Assembly: GCA_028714455.1 (NCBI GenBank)
Contig: JAQTMG010000001.1
Coordinates: 64,568-128,567 of the forward strand
Source: Patescibacteria group bacterium
GTDB lineage: Bacteria; Patescibacteriota; Patescibacteriia; CAIXNZ01
Direction of reading: 5' to 3'
Length of the DNA: 64,000 nt
Part shown: in pieces, positions 48,113-56,832 of the stretch
How the letters are laid out: each line of letters starts with the position of its first letter
Position numbering within the stretch: the first letter of the stretch is position 1
The notes under the pieces: generated by a model
Databases searched by the model: none
What the model was told of the DNA's origin: nothing
Seen by the model: only the letters and a program-made list of their open reading frames with translations
Made by a program: the position numbers and the translations under genes

Positions 48113-49976
48113 ATTTACCGAGCGATTTTTCACTGTCAATTACCGAAGAAATACTACCAATGCCGTTCAATTCATAACCGCCGCTCATACTTAAAATTTC
48201 AACATTATTTACTTTTGGCAGGTCATAAAAATTAATCTGGACTATCTGGCCAGTTTGCCAGCTGCTGGTCGGGTAAAAGCCATAGCCGAGAGCATAAATT
48301 TGGCCGTCAAGCTTGATTAAATAGTTTTCGCTGATTTGCTTCAGCGGTCGGAAATAAAGCGAGATAATATTGCCAGTTTGATTTGAGCCAAGAAATTCTA
48401 TCTGATCAGCCAGTTTTATATTCTGGCTGTTTTTTATTTCAGGCATTTTTTGGAAGATAGTATAAAGAGTTGGTTCCGCACCTTGGTAATTTCGTTGCCA
48501 GAGCGCCAGATTCCCGCTGACCATTTTCAAGTGATAATTTTTGTCTAGCAGCAGCTTTCTCATATTGGCCGCGCCCTGATAATAATATTCTTTGGCCGCT
48601 GTTTCATATTGCAAATGGAAACCGACAAAGTCATTAAAATTTAAAAGCAGATATTCAGTCTCGTTAGGCACAATGTAATCGCCGGCATTGTACTGCTGTT
48701 TTCCCAGAAAAACATAATTGAGTGAATATAATTTTTCTCTGGAGGAAAGATTGGAAATAAAATCATAATCAGTAATCAGCGAGGCTCCCGCCGGAATTTG
48801 TCTGACAAAATAATTTTTTTGCGCCACATCCTTGTAATTTATAGTGGCAATATCTGTAACTAAGGGAATAAGCGGGCCTAAAATCAAGAAATTATAAATA
48901 AGCGTTATGGCCAAGGCGATAAGAATTAGATCTTTGAATTTGTTATAGAAAATTAATGCCTTTTGGTTTTTTGACAATGATTCAAGTGAAAAAATCGTGG
49001 CGATTGAGAGAGCGAAAATAAAAGGCGTGGCGTAGTGCGTTCTCAAGATTGATTCGCCTGAAGCAAAGCCAAGAACTATTTCCATGAATTGGCCCAAGCA
49101 GAGGAGTAAGTATTTTGGGCGGTAAATCGGCAAAAAAATAAAAACCAGCAAAAAACCCAAAACCAATTCGACGTTGGCTAAGTTGACGACGTGCTGAAGC
49201 ACGAGCGGAAACTGGAGAAAAAAATTTTTGGCTATCTCCGGCAACGAAGTGCCCAGCCATTTGTAGTAGATTAAAAATTTATATTGAGATGAGGCGGAAA
49301 AAAACGAGACCATTTTTAGGGCGCCCAAAAAATATAAAGCTGAACCTATGGTCGCGGTTAAAATCCACTTCGGCTTTTTCTTATCAATGATGGCCACGAT
49401 GCCAAACATAAAAATCACAAAAGCCAGGTCTTCTCTGATCATCAGCGTTAAGATAGAAAGGATGATAAATGGCCAAAATTTATTTTCATCGTAAAAATAA
49501 AAGACCCAGAAAAGAAAAAACATGGCCAGGGCGAGCATGTGAAATTCAAAAAAATTAATATTCAGAGTCACCGGATTGAAGAGATATAAAATAATGGCCA
49601 GGAGCGCTGTCTGGGGCCGAAGATGCTTTTTACAAATTAAATAAAGCGGAATTGCTGAAAGCGCCAGGAATAATGATTGCATCAGTAACAAACTGATTGG
49701 CGATTTGTACAGAGAATATAGCGGCGCCAAAAATAAAATCATTATTTCAAAATGATCACCTAGATACAGAGTGGGATGAATCGTGAATTGAAATAATTTA
49801 CCGATTGAGGTATTGTAGAAAACCTGGTTGAAAATCGCCAAATCAAGGGCGTTATATTGATAGGTAAAGTATTTAAAGAGACAGGCGGAAAAGGTGAAAA
49901 TAAAATAAATAAAGACCAAAATCCAGGTAATTTTAGCCAATTTTTGCCAATTCAGAGTTTTAAAGTAATTAACCAT
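48099..49976 (-). CDS. DUF2079-family polytopic membrane protein with an extracytoplasmic C-terminal domain
   Basis: ..YNALDLAIFNQ...HFE.. motif typical of DUF2079. Confidence 0.6.
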   Translation of the reverse strand: MVNYFKTLNWQKLAKITWILVFIYFIFTFSACLFKYFTYQYNALDLAIFNQVFYNTSIGKLFQFTIHPTLYLGDHFEIMILFLAPLYSLYKSPISLLLMQSLFLALSAIPLYLICKKHLRPQTALLAIILYLFNPVTLNINFFEFHMLALAMFFLFWVFYFYDENKFWPFIILSILTLMIREDLAFVIFMFGIVAIIDKKKPKWILTATIGSALYFLGALKMVSFFSASSQYKFLIYYKWLGTSLPEIAKNFFLQFPLVLQHVVNLANVELVLGFLLVFIFLPIYRPKYLLLCLGQFMEIVLGFASGESILRTHYATPFIFALSIATIFSLESLSKNQKALIFYNKFKDLILIALAITLIYNFLILGPLIPLVTDIATINYKDVAQKNYFVRQIPAGASLITDYDFISNLSSREKLYSLNYVFLGKQQYNAGDYIVPNETEYLLLNFNDFVGFHLQYETAAKEYYYQGAANMRKLLLDKNYHLKMVSGNLALWQRNYQGAEPTLYTIFQKMPEIKNSQNIKLADQIEFLGSNQTGNIISLYFRPLKQISENYLIKLDGQIYALGYGFYPTSSWQTGQIVQINFYDLPKVNNVEILSMSGGYELNGIGSISSVIDSEKSLGKFNLQ

Positions 49977-50029
49977 ATGCTTTCAGTTTAAGCCAAAAGC
50001 GGCGGAAAATAAAGATGACCATTGACAGA

Positions 50030-50058
50030 ATTCATTAAATATGTTAGAATACTAGAAT
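50030..50058 (+). promoter_or_regulatory. sigma70-like promoter TTGACA-17-TAGAAT
   Basis: Precedes CTAAAGGAGGGAAGAAATG of the lipoprotein gene. Confidence 0.45.
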
Positions 50059-50117
50059 AGTTTGGTTCGTTTTATTGAAAAAATAATAACTCCAAAAAAC
50101 CCTAAAGGAGGGAAGAA

Positions 50118-50651
50118 ATGAAAAAGATTAGCGTGTTAATCGTCTTTGCGATGGTCACATTTTTTGTGGCCTCGTGCATGGAAGTCAAGCGACCCGGCCT
50201 CACGGCTCGAGTGATTGACCCCAGGGTCACCAAAACCCTGGCCGATCCCAAGGCCGATTACACCAACGGCGTGGCGCCGGCCATCGCCCAGATCTTGCCG
50301 AAGAACCCCAACGCGACAGTGATCATCTCTAAAAATGGAGACGTCACCTACATCGGGGACAACGGCAACGGCGGACAGCAGATGGGCATTTTCGAGAACC
50401 ACGCCAAACACGGCATCTTGGTGCGTGTCTACCGCGATGGGGAAGAAAAGCTTAGCTTTGAGGTCACACCTCGCGGCTACAAGCGGCTTTTTCTCCTGCC
50501 CGGGGAGTATGGCCTTAAGGTCATGGCGCCGGATCTGGTCACTATCTTGGCTGAAGGGGATTTCAGCGTCGACGCGATCGGAGCTGACAACTTCAGCGAG
50601 TACGCCAACATGCGGGTGGGTTTCATCCGCCAATATTATCCGGTCAGATAA
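50118..50651 (+). CDS. lipoprotein of unknown function (GC-rich cassette-like unit)
   Basis: Signal peptide with ..FFVASC lipobox-like Cys; about 58% GC. The overlapping minus/plus ORFs are antisense artefacts. Confidence 0.55.
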   Translation: MKKISVLIVFAMVTFFVASCMEVKRPGLTARVIDPRVTKTLADPKADYTNGVAPAIAQILPKNPNATVIISKNGDVTYIGDNGNGGQQMGIFENHAKHGILVRVYRDGEEKLSFEVTPRGYKRLFLLPGEYGLKVMAPDLVTILAEGDFSVDAIGADNFSEYANMRVGFIRQYYPVR

Positions 50652-50669
50652 AACTTCGTCGGATTCAAA

Positions 50670-50706
50670 AGAGAGGCAGCAGCCGTTGCCTCTCTCTTTT
50701 TTTATA
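50670..50706. terminator. bidirectional intrinsic terminator closing the pilin-like array
   Basis: AGAGAGGCA-gcagccg-TTGCCTCTCTCT with T7 / A-runs. Confidence 0.6.
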
Positions 50707-50709
50707 ATT

Positions 50710-51135
50710 TTAACTTCCACCCGTAACTGTTCCTGGCGGTGTTCCCCCGCCACCTCCGCCGCCGACCGATTCCGTTATCGAATTCAAAACAAATGAGGCT
50801 ATCGAATAAGCGGCAATCACGATGATTAATCCGATCACGGCGTACATGATAGTACTTTTTGCCTTTTTAGTTTTGTCTGCTTCTCCCTGGGAAGTCATGT
50901 AAATAAAGCCTCCATATAAAATCAGACCAACAAAAATGATGCCGAGAAGGGTTAGAATTGATTTAATTATCAGCGACGCAACCTGTTGAGGCGGCATATA
51001 TGTGCCACCATAAATTTTTTGGCCAAAGCTGTTGACGTTTTCGCTGATGTTTAGGGCTAGTGACGGTTGAGTTAACAGCAGACAAAAGCCGGTTAAGATA
51101 ATGGGGATGAGTAAGAATTTTAAATTTTTTTTCAT
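50710..51135 (-). CDS. VirB2/TrbC-like pilin paralog P1 (Gly/Pro-rich tail ..GGGGGGTPPGTVTGGS)
   Basis: Signal peptide - helix (IIKSILTLLGIIFVGLILYGG) - MTSQGEADKTKKAK loop - helix - tail. Confidence 0.6.
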   Translation of the reverse strand: MKKNLKFLLIPIILTGFCLLLTQPSLALNISENVNSFGQKIYGGTYMPPQQVASLIIKSILTLLGIIFVGLILYGGFIYMTSQGEADKTKKAKSTIMYAVIGLIIVIAAYSIASFVLNSITESVGGGGGGGTPPGTVTGGS

Positions 51136-51143
51136 AATAAATT

Positions 51144-51647
51144 TTATTTACAGCCGCAAAGATCGCCGGAACAGCAACTCTGCGAGCAACAGCTTGCGCT
51201 GCCCGATTTTCTGTATTGGCAGCACTCGCAGGAATTATAATCAAGCGAACCCGCGTTTTCACATTTCGGATTAAAAGCCGGTTTTCCGCCGGGCGTTTCA
51301 ACCTGGGTTACTATAAAATAAGTTATTGAATAACCGGAGACGATAATTATGATGCCGATGACAGCCGCGATTATCGCGTTTTTGCCTTTCTTTACCTTGT
51401 CTGGTTCACCTTGAGAAGTCATGTACAAAAATCCGCCGTAAATTAACAGCGCCACAAAGATGATGCCGACCAGTCCCAACACGGCCTGTATTATAATCGC
51501 CGCATACTGCTCAACCGAAACATCGGTGAATCCAGATTCTTGCGCCGTGTTGGCTAATCCTTGTCCGAATTGCGAGGCAAAAACCTGATTGACGAGCGGC
51601 AGGGAAAGGGCTAAGGAAATTAAGATAAAGTAAAATGTTTTTTTCAT
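51144..51647 (-). CDS. VirB2/TrbC-like pilin paralog P2 (Cys-rich tail, 11 Cys)
   Basis: ..IIQAVLGLVGIIFVALLIYGGFLYMTSQGEPDKVKKGKNAIIAAVIGIIIIVSGYSITYFIV.. followed by a C-rich tail. Confidence 0.6.
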   Translation of the reverse strand: MKKTFYFILISLALSLPLVNQVFASQFGQGLANTAQESGFTDVSVEQYAAIIIQAVLGLVGIIFVALLIYGGFLYMTSQGEPDKVKKGKNAIIAAVIGIIIIVSGYSITYFIVTQVETPGGKPAFNPKCENAGSLDYNSCECCQYRKSGSASCCSQSCCSGDLCGCK

Positions 51648-51650
51648 AGG

Positions 51651-52034
51651 TTATGGCTTTACCTCGAGGGCGGCCGCGATGAAATATGTTATAGAATAGG
51701 CCGCGACTATTATCAAAAGGCCGATTATGGCGCCGGAAATTATTTTCTTGGCCCCCTCGACCTGTTTTTCATTGCCGGCTGACGTCATCCATCTTATGCC
51801 GCTATAGATTATTAATACCAAAAATATTATGCCGACCAATCCCAACACGGCCTGAATAATGGTGGCGATAAATGAAACTAGATCCGATTGTTGCAATCCT
51901 GCCTGATTAGCCGTGGAATTAATAAATTCCGTGGAATTTCCTAATTGCAAAGTGGCAGATGCGGCTTGAGCAAAAAATAATATAGTCAGGCAAAGCGCCA
52001 ACGATATTATTAAAGGTTTAAAATTTTTAAACAT
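51651..52034 (-). CDS. VirB2/TrbC-like pilin paralog P3 (no tail)
   Basis: Same two-helix core as P2. Its IIQAVLGLVGIIF segment is identical to that of P2. Confidence 0.6.
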   Translation of the reverse strand: MFKNFKPLIISLALCLTILFFAQAASATLQLGNSTEFINSTANQAGLQQSDLVSFIATIIQAVLGLVGIIFLVLIIYSGIRWMTSAGNEKQVEGAKKIISGAIIGLLIIVAAYSITYFIAAALEVKP

Positions 52035-52057
52035 ATAATTTTTTGTATCAACTAATT

Positions 52058-52483
52058 TTAACTTCCGCCGACTACTGTTCCTGGCGGAATGCCACCCGTA
52101 GGACCAGTTGATTGTTCTATGGCCGAGGTGACAAAAAAAGTAATCGCATAGGCACCGACTACGATGACTAACCCTATAACGGCATATTCTAGAATTTTTT
52201 TGGCTTGGCTAATCTTTTTTTCTTCGCCGCCACTTGTCATCCAGAGTACACCCCCATAAATAAATAAAACGACAAAAGCAACGCCCACTATTCCGAGAGC
52301 AACATTGATAATGCCCGCGACAATGGCGGCGGGATCACTTTGTTTAAGGCCGGTCTCTCCGGCTGTTTGCTGAAAAAATCCAGTTACATCCTTAAATGAA
52401 TAAGCAAGACAACTTTGAGAAAAAATTAAAAAACAAAAAACAGCAAGTGAAAAAATTACTATTGTGGTTGTTTTTTTGGACAT
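52058..52483 (-). CDS. VirB2/TrbC-like pilin paralog P4 (Gly/Pro-rich tail ..TGGIPPGTVVGGS)
   Basis: Core ..ALGIVGVAFVVLFIYGGVLWMTSGGEEKKISQAKK.. The tail matches P1. Confidence 0.6.
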   Translation of the reverse strand: MSKKTTTIVIFSLAVFCFLIFSQSCLAYSFKDVTGFFQQTAGETGLKQSDPAAIVAGIINVALGIVGVAFVVLFIYGGVLWMTSGGEEKKISQAKKILEYAVIGLVIVVGAYAITFFVTSAIEQSTGPTGGIPPGTVVGGS

Positions 52484-52485
52484 AT

Positions 52486-52869
52486 TTATTTACCGGCACC
52501 CGAGATGGCCTGGAAAACCAAACTGGTAATCGCATAGGCGGCGCCTAACACTATCGCTCCAATGATGGCCCAGGTAATTATTTCCTTGCCTTTTTTCACC
52601 TGTTCTTCTTTACCGGCTGCGGTCATTATTCTGATTCCGCCGTAGATTATTAGAAATAGAAATAATGAACCGGCAATGGCCAGGGCTGCGCCAGCGATTT
52701 GCCCAAGAAATTGGGCGGCCGTGATATTAATATTCAAACCGGCCTGACCAGCCGTTTCATTTAGGCCGTAACTGTTATCAGCAGCAATCGCCGCGGTTAC
52801 TAAAATAATAGCAAATAATGAAAGTGTTATTAAAAATGGTAATATTTTTTTTAAATATTTTTTTTTCAT
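52486..52869 (-). CDS. VirB2/TrbC-like pilin paralog P5
   Basis: Core ..LFLFLIIYGGIRIMTAAGKEEQVKKGKEII.. Confidence 0.55.
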   Translation of the reverse strand: MKKKYLKKILPFLITLSLFAIILVTAAIAADNSYGLNETAGQAGLNINITAAQFLGQIAGAALAIAGSLFLFLIIYGGIRIMTAAGKEEQVKKGKEIITWAIIGAIVLGAAYAITSLVFQAISGAGK

Positions 52870-52923
52870 AATTTTCGTATTATTTAAGGGTAGACAACCT
52901 GCCTACCCTTAAATAAATTTTAT

Positions 52924-53286
52924 TTACGTTGCGTTCAATATGCTTCCAACGACGAAGTTGGCTATGGCGTAAGCTGACAGTACAATCACTAAGCCGATAA
53001 CGCCTTGGAAAAGAAGTGATTTCGCGCTTTTTACAGCGTCCTCATTCCCCATGGCCGTCATCCATTTAAAGCCGCCGACTAAGATTATGACTATCGCGAT
53101 GATGCCCAAAAGTCCCATCATGACGTTGATAATGCTAGCGACAGTAGCTCTGATGTCTCTCGTGCCTAGGCCGATGGCGGTGGCATAAGAAATACCCACA
53201 TCAATGCTGACTGCGCCGGCGACTTGAGGCAATAAGATGAGGGCAAGCAGGCCCAAGAAGATAGCCGTTGTTATGCTCTTTTTCAT
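52924..53286 (-). CDS. VirB2/TrbC-like pilin paralog P6
   Basis: Likely start at MKKSITT (53286). Core ..LLGIIAIVIILVGGFKWMTAMGNEDAVKSAK.. Confidence 0.55.
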   Translation of the reverse strand: MKKSITTAIFLGLLALILLPQVAGAVSIDVGISYATAIGLGTRDIRATVASIINVMMGLLGIIAIVIILVGGFKWMTAMGNEDAVKSAKSLLFQGVIGLVIVLSAYAIANFVVGSILNAT

Positions 53287-53445
53287 GTTTTTAGTTCCTT
53301 TGATGCTTGGCAAGGCCAAGCAATGGATTATTAATAATTATATAATTCCGCGTTGGCGGGTAATTTTTTAAGTACAATTTATTTATTTCATTATAATATT
53401 TCTGCTAATAAAAGGCAAGATTTGTGTTTTTTACTTCAGCGTTTC

Positions 53446-54030
53446 CTAGTCGGAAGTTGAGTTTTGAATACAGCAGATTGGGGTGCCGCCAGAACAGTCA
53501 GTGAAAGATCCGTTTTGTTCTAAATAGCCCTCGTCGCAAGTAAAAGCGGCGCACTTATAGCCCTTGCCAAGGCTGGCTGCGTATAACTGGCAGGTGGTGG
53601 TATTTTGAGTTTGCGTGATTGGCGTTTCAGTGTTTGGCTTGACTCCTCCGGTGCCGCCGGTTATACCGCTGACAATAAAGCTGACAAAGACATAACTGCC
53701 AAAAATTACTATCAGCCCTATAATTGCCCAAGTTAAAACATCTTTGCCTTTTTTTACCATGTCTGGGTTGCCGTGTGAGGTTAGCATGTACATTCCCCCA
53801 TAAATAAACATTATAAAGGCGATGGAACCGACAATGCCCAGCAAAACCTTAACAGTGTTGCCGATAACTTGGGGCACTGTCAGGTTGGTGGAAACGGGAC
53901 TTATGTCGCTAATATCTATTGATTGTGAGCCAGAACTGCCTTGCGCCAGGCAATAGCTACAAGCCAATAAACAGCCTAACAATATCGTAAAAAGGAAAAA
54001 ACATTTGAGGCCTAGTTGTTTCGTTTTCAT
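53446..54030 (-). CDS. VirB2/TrbC-like pilin paralog P7 (Thr-rich linker plus a Cys-rich tail, 8 Cys)
   Basis: Core ..LLGIVGSIAFIMFIYGGMYMLTSHGNPDMVKKGKDVL.. Confidence 0.6.
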   Translation of the reverse strand: MKTKQLGLKCFFLFTILLGCLLACSYCLAQGSSGSQSIDISDISPVSTNLTVPQVIGNTVKVLLGIVGSIAFIMFIYGGMYMLTSHGNPDMVKKGKDVLTWAIIGLIVIFGSYVFVSFIVSGITGGTGGVKPNTETPITQTQNTTTCQLYAASLGKGYKCAAFTCDEGYLEQNGSFTDCSGGTPICCIQNSTSD

Positions 54031-54051
54031 ATGGTTATTTAATTATTTATG

Positions 54052-54477
54052 TTATTTAGTGGGAGCGGTACAGGTTAAATTCTTCGATATGTAGTCTCTC
54101 GCGTTTTGGATTTGCCCGCCAGTCGCGGCCAGGACCGCAAAATTTACGATCGTGTAGGCCAATATAACTATCGTTAACCCGATCACGGAGTTTACTAAAA
54201 TATTTTTTCCCTTAGAAACCATGGCTGGGTTGCCGTGAGAAGCGAGCATGTAGATACCTCCGTATACAAAATAGATGAAAATTATACTGCCGATGATGCC
54301 GATGACAAATCGGCCGATATTTATTACCGTCTGTATTATGTCGCAGAGCGAGCAATCTCCAGTGGACACGCAAGCTGGCAATAAAATCCCATTACTTTGA
54401 GCCAGTGCAAATTTAGCGCTTAATAAAAGTGCCGAGAGTGAGGCAAGCAGAACAATAATTATTTTTGTCTTTTTCAT
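54052..54477 (-). CDS. VirB2/TrbC-like pilin paralog P8 (Cys cluster before the core, short Cys tail)
   Basis: Core ..IGIIGSIIFIYFVYGGIYMLASHGNPAMVSKGKNIL.. Confidence 0.6.
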   Translation of the reverse strand: MKKTKIIIVLLASLSALLLSAKFALAQSNGILLPACVSTGDCSLCDIIQTVINIGRFVIGIIGSIIFIYFVYGGIYMLASHGNPAMVSKGKNILVNSVIGLTIVILAYTIVNFAVLAATGGQIQNARDYISKNLTCTAPTK

Positions 54478-54481
54478 AAGT

Positions 54482-55855
54482 CTAATAAGTTTGATTAATT
54501 TTTCCTACCCCCAGGTTAATTATTTGCTCGGTCGGCAGTGTTCCCGCGAGATTCTGGTTTATCATATCCTTAAAAATTTGTTCAGCCGCCTGTTCGTTTT
54601 TGCCCTTGTACCAGCTTTTGGCTGTCAGAATTTGGTTAACAAAAGGCGAGAGCTCCTGATCGTCAATTTGTGAACTTATCAAGCTTCTTAGGGCAGTGGG
54701 CAGATGAGCTCTACTTAAATATTGTTTGGTGTTATTTTCATTGGCCGCGATGTAGAGGATGAAATCCCAGGCTTCGTTTGGATGTTGGCTTTTTTTGGAA
54801 ACCGTGCTCACCCAGTAATTGGCAAAATTAAGCGGATTGCCGATTTGCGGTATGGGCGCGATCTGAAAATTTAATTTTGGCGCTTGGGTTTTTAGAGTGG
54901 GAATCTGGTAGGCGTAGCCGAAAAAGAAAGCGGTTTTGCCGTTTTCAAAACTCTGAAGCGATTCGCTCATCTTGCTGTTCCAGGTATAGGCTTGATTGGC
55001 TGGCGAAGCGAAGCTGGTATAAAAATTAAGCGCCTCGATGGCGGGCGAGCCTGATCTATTGAAGCCCGCGGGTACCTGGCTAAACGTCGCCAAACCGGCC
55101 TCGTTTATCATCGGCGCTCCGTCCTGCATCATAAGCAGGCTCAAGATGTCGGTTGAGCGTGTGACATTGTCGGCTGTGCCTATGGCGGCGCCGGCTTGGA
55201 TTATATTTCCCTTGGTGTCCTGTTTGGTCAGCTTGATCACGTCATTTCTTAATTCGTCCCAGGTTTTTGGCGGCGAGGAAATCCCAGCGTTGTTCAGCAG
55301 GTCTCGATTATAATACAGGGCCAGCGTGTCGATGCTTAGGGGTAGTCCGTAAATTTGGTCGCTAATTACCTGGTTATCATAAACAACGTCCGGATAAAGA
55401 TTTCTTATATCGAGCAGTGATAAAGTTTTTTCCGTTTTCATTTGCGTGTAGGTTTGTTTCTGGATGGTGCCGCTTTGCACTTCGGTAGGTATGGTTAGCG
55501 AAGCCGGCAAAGGGAGTATCTTAGCGGCGTAGCTGCCCATCCAGGTTGTCTGGATGGAAAAAATATCAGGGCCTCTGTCTTCTGCCAGGGCGTTTAGAAG
55601 TTCGTTTTCATATTCCTCGGCCGTAAAATTTTTGTAATTGATGGTGATGTGGGGATGTTGCTGTTGATAAGTAGCTAAAAGATCTTGCAGATTTGAACTG
55701 TCGTTAAAAACGCTCCAGTAGTTTAAAGTTATTGGCGTTGGTTTGCCTGGGGTTAAACCGGCTGGCGGTCCGCCGCACTGAAAACCACTTGTGATGATTA
55801 CCAGCGATAAAACGGCCAGGATAAATATTTTTTTGTTTTGGCAGAATTTTTTCAT
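54482..55855 (-). CDS. extracellular solute-binding lipoprotein (ABC-type sugar-binding family 1), orphan
   Basis: Signal peptide with ..ITSGFQC lipobox-like Cys. SBP_bac_1-like length and motifs. No permease/ATPase genes adjacent. Confidence 0.7.
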   Translation of the reverse strand: MKKFCQNKKIFILAVLSLVIITSGFQCGGPPAGLTPGKPTPITLNYWSVFNDSSNLQDLLATYQQQHPHITINYKNFTAEEYENELLNALAEDRGPDIFSIQTTWMGSYAAKILPLPASLTIPTEVQSGTIQKQTYTQMKTEKTLSLLDIRNLYPDVVYDNQVISDQIYGLPLSIDTLALYYNRDLLNNAGISSPPKTWDELRNDVIKLTKQDTKGNIIQAGAAIGTADNVTRSTDILSLLMMQDGAPMINEAGLATFSQVPAGFNRSGSPAIEALNFYTSFASPANQAYTWNSKMSESLQSFENGKTAFFFGYAYQIPTLKTQAPKLNFQIAPIPQIGNPLNFANYWVSTVSKKSQHPNEAWDFILYIAANENNTKQYLSRAHLPTALRSLISSQIDDQELSPFVNQILTAKSWYKGKNEQAAEQIFKDMINQNLAGTLPTEQIINLGVGKINQTY

Positions 55856-55863
55856 ATTTTGAG

Positions 55864-56733
55864 CTAAATTTTTATGTTTTTTAAATAATTTCGAATCTCT
55901 TTGACTGTGTCGGCTCTTTTCAGGCCCAAATCAATGTTGGCTTGCAGCCAGCCGATTTTTGAGCCGGTGTCGTAGTAAGTTCCTTCAACTAGAGCGGCCA
56001 AAAGTCTTCTCTTTTTAGAAAGATTGCAGATCGCGTCGACCAGCCAGAGTTCGCCACCCTTGCCGATTTTAGTTTTTTCCAGCTCTTCAAAGATGTCGGG
56101 AGTCAGGATGTAGGCGCCGAGAGTACCGATGCGGCTCGGAGCTTTTTGCGGGCCTGGTTTTTCAACAATGCTTTTTATCTGAAAGACATTTTTTTCAATT
56201 TTTTCGCCGTCTATCACGCCGTATTTTTTGGTGCCCTCGTCGTCAATCTCAATGGCCGTCAGAACCGGATCCTCATATTTATTGAAGACATCAATAAGTT
56301 GCGAGAGCCGCGGTTTTTTTTCGTTTAAGAAAAGATCGTCGCCCCAGATCACGGCAAACGGCTCATCGCCTATTATTCTTTTGGCATTCAGAACCGGCGT
56401 GCCGTTTCCATATGGACCTTTTTGCCTGATGTATATGAAATTTGCCAGATCGGCTATTTTTTTGATTTCTGCCCGCAGATCTTCCTTGCCTTGCTTTTTT
56501 AGCCAATTCTGAAGTTCGTAATTATAGTCAAAGTGATCTTCGATCGCCCTCTTTGAAGCGCCGGTCACCAATATTATATCTTCAATGCCCGAGGCCACCG
56601 CTTCCTCGACGATGTATTGGATAACTGGCTTGTCGATGATTGGTAGCATCTCCTTGGGCATGGCTTTTGTCAGCGGCAGAAAGCGCGTGCCAAAGCCCGC
56701 CACCGGTATGATGGCTTTTTTTATTTTAAGCAT
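55864..56733 (-). CDS. galU: UTP--glucose-1-phosphate uridylyltransferase
   Basis: KKAIIPVAGFGTRFLPLTKAMPKEMLPIIDKPVIQY.VEEA..SGI.. Confidence 0.9.
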   Translation of the reverse strand: MLKIKKAIIPVAGFGTRFLPLTKAMPKEMLPIIDKPVIQYIVEEAVASGIEDIILVTGASKRAIEDHFDYNYELQNWLKKQGKEDLRAEIKKIADLANFIYIRQKGPYGNGTPVLNAKRIIGDEPFAVIWGDDLFLNEKKPRLSQLIDVFNKYEDPVLTAIEIDDEGTKKYGVIDGEKIEKNVFQIKSIVEKPGPQKAPSRIGTLGAYILTPDIFEELEKTKIGKGGELWLVDAICNLSKKRRLLAALVEGTYYDTGSKIGWLQANIDLGLKRADTVKEIRNYLKNIKI

Positions 56734-56795
56734 AACAAAGACAAAAAAGGTATGAATTTCTTTAAGTCCATAATATCATAATTATGGGCAGAATA

Positions 56796-56830
56796 AAACA
56801 AAAACGTCCCGCGGCGCGGGACGTTTTTTA
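56796..56830 (-). terminator. intrinsic terminator between the amidase gene and galU
   Basis: GTCCCGCG-gc-GCGGGAC hairpin with a T-run on the minus strand. Shares the core CCCGCGGCGCGGG with the terminator at 62689-62718. Confidence 0.55.
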
Positions 56831-56832
56831 TC

